A stretch of DNA of 64,000 nt from Convolutriloba macropyga. Its lineage: Eukaryota. The stretch spans positions 12,896,001 to 12,960,000 of the forward strand of contig NC_134476.1 in the NCBI RefSeq assembly GCF_964194025.1. Reading direction: 5' to 3'. Made by a program: the position numbers and the translations under genes. Positions 61,885 through 64,000 of the stretch are shown here, piece after piece. Each line of letters begins with the position of its first letter. The first letter of the stretch is position 1. Below the pieces are notes generated by a model, which searched no databases, was not told the origin of the DNA, and worked only from the letters and a program-made list of their open reading frames with translations.

Positions 61885-64000
61885 GCTAGCATATGCAGTA
61901 ACTCTGTCCTCCATTCCCTGTCTTTGGGTAAGATTTTCTCGAATTCGTGTCAAAGAAGCATCCGTAGTTATTGTATTTGAACCCCTATCATGTGGATATC
62001 CTAAAACTGGGGCTTCCAAAAGTTTCTTTTTAAACTCCGTTACCGCAATTTTGCACTCTGTACTCCATTCAAATTCTCTTGACTTATTCAGTTAACTGTA
62101 CAGAGACTCTGCTGTTTTTCCGAAATCTGGAATAAATTTTCGATAATAGCTACAAGGCATAAAAAAGCCCTGACGTCTTTCAGGGATGGGATGATGCTTC
62201 TTTCATTCTTTCCACCGCTCTTACTTTCTCTAGTTCGACCTCGACTCCACTTCCGGATATAATTTGCCCCAAGAAACTGACACGCTTTTGAAAAAAATTG
62301 CATTTTAATCCTTTAATATATAATCCATTCTCCTCTAAACGACGGAGAAGCAGTTCTAATCGTTTCAGATGTTCGTCCAAACCATAACGTCATCTAGATA
62401 TACCAGAGCCTTCTAGATACACACGAGTAAAAGACGTCAGCAAAAATTAATTCCATTAGCTTTTGAAAAGCTCCCGGTGCAGACGCTATTCACTTAGGAA
62501 GTCTTTTTCACTTATAGTGTCCCAGAGGCGTTATAAAAGCCGTCAAATTCTGACTCTCTTCCTCGAGCGTTGTCTGAAAGTATCTCGGCAAGATATCTAT
62601 CTACGGGAAGTAGAGGTTTCACTCTAGTGAATCAATAACCTCATTAGATCGCGGCAAAGAGGAGCATGTTTTCTCTTTTTCTTTTGTCCAGACAGAGATA
62701 TTCTACAATCAAGCGATAGGTTCCATCCTTTTTTGGTACAAGTAAAGATGGTGCTGCCCAATCGGAATGTGTAAGTTCGACTAAGTCGTCTCATTCAAAC
62801 TCTTTAACAATTTTTTCATAGCTTCTCTTTTCTCAATTCTCATGCTGCCTTATGTACGTCTGAATGGCACAGCGTCCTTTTTGTTTAAAATGATAAATTT
62901 GCGACAATATTACTTCAGATTTTGTGCAAAGTGACCTCACTTTTGTCATTTCGTCACAACAGAAATTCATTGAGTTTGCGTTCACTTGCTTCTAAAATCG
63001 AATTCGTCTATATATTTTGTATTATTGTTAGGGTCATTTTGCTTTATTCTTAAAATTTTTCAATGTTTTCCGCATAAGCGATTCACGCCTTTTGGTGAAC
63101 TTTCTTTTGTTCTAAGGTAGGGTTCAGAACTCAAATATATACGACATCATTAACCATGTCACTCACCGATCTCGTTAATAGAAAATGTGATTAGTCTTCA
63201 AACTCTTTCATTCGCTCAACAACAATTTCTGCTTGTTGTGTTTTGTTACCTTCCTTATCAACAATTTTGCTTTTAATGAAATCTTCGCAGTGACGAACTA
63301 AATCGTGAACCTCTGCACCAATTAAAAACTGATTTTTATAACTTCGTTGTGATAGGGACAATTGCAATATTTTCCCAATTTTCCGCAAAAGAATTCGTTT
63401 TTCTGAGGTATAACATGTCAAAACTATATAAGAAATCCCTGCCCAAAAAACAAGGCGTTATCTCAATTTTGGTCAATAGAAACTCAACTGTTATCTCAGA
63501 TGTAAATTTTTGAAGTTGGACTTGATTAGCTGTTGACCTCATCACAGGCATTTTTTTAATGCTGGCAACTTTTATTCTTTTCCATACTCTCATCTGGCTC
63601 GGTTCTCCCAATTGGTGGTAGAGTGCGTGGCTTGAAAGATTAACACTACTTCCTCTGTCAAAGAGGGCCATTACCAATTTGTCTTGTATCATTATTTCGC
63701 AAACAAAACCTCAACTGGGCTGTTTCCACCACGAAAAATTTTTGCGTAACTAGCTGAAAAAGAAACCCTGCCATCTTCAGCTAGTTTCCGTTTGAATACG
63801 GGCAATTTTGTATCGAAAAGTTTCGATTCCCGCATTCAAAACAATTCTTGCATTCCTAAGATGCATGATTTCGCTGACCGAAACGGCGACATTATTCGCT
63901 CTCAAAATTTACCGCTGTCTTTGACTAATTAGCACTACTCTCGTGCGACTGATCTCGACTTCTGTTCTCGCCTCCTGGTGTTCGCGCTCTACTGTCAAAA
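61885..64000 (-). mobile_element. Second, truncated copy of Gypsy B (end of gag, PR, RT, start of RNase H); runs off the window
   Basis: High similarity to 56513-58167 (shared MDEHLKRLELLL... ORF); has ~455 bp (62771-63225) missing from the first copy. Confidence 0.95.

Overview
AT-rich, repeat-dense animal (invertebrate-type) genomic DNA with two assembly gaps (13433-13677, 21697-21856); the species cannot be determined from sequence alone. There are five host genes, all on the minus strand, in two groups: CMC4 - NMNAT (3 exons) - UTP23 (2 exons), and an RRM/2xCCHC/RS splicing factor followed about 215 bp later by an intronless CACHD1. The rest is mostly decayed mobile DNA: two CR1/L2-type LINEs and one LINE RT fragment, two Ty3/Gypsy LTR elements with both LTRs and target-site duplications, a truncated second copy of one of them, a dispersed Helentron-like (HINE/DINE-1-type) non-autonomous family with variable interiors, and a ~3.5-kb-period tandem block. 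Most notable: (1) a 9.3-kb Gypsy element carrying a ~3.8-kb sense-strand accessory region with a coiled-coil/J-domain (DnaJ) ORF and an array of palindromic repeats; (2) a probable non-canonical GA-AG intron in NMNAT; (3) operon-like gene spacing with 3' splice acceptors just upstream of start codons, compatible with SL trans-splicing; (4) an animal SR protein with the two-knuckle RS2Z architecture. Identity values and alignments were judged by eye.
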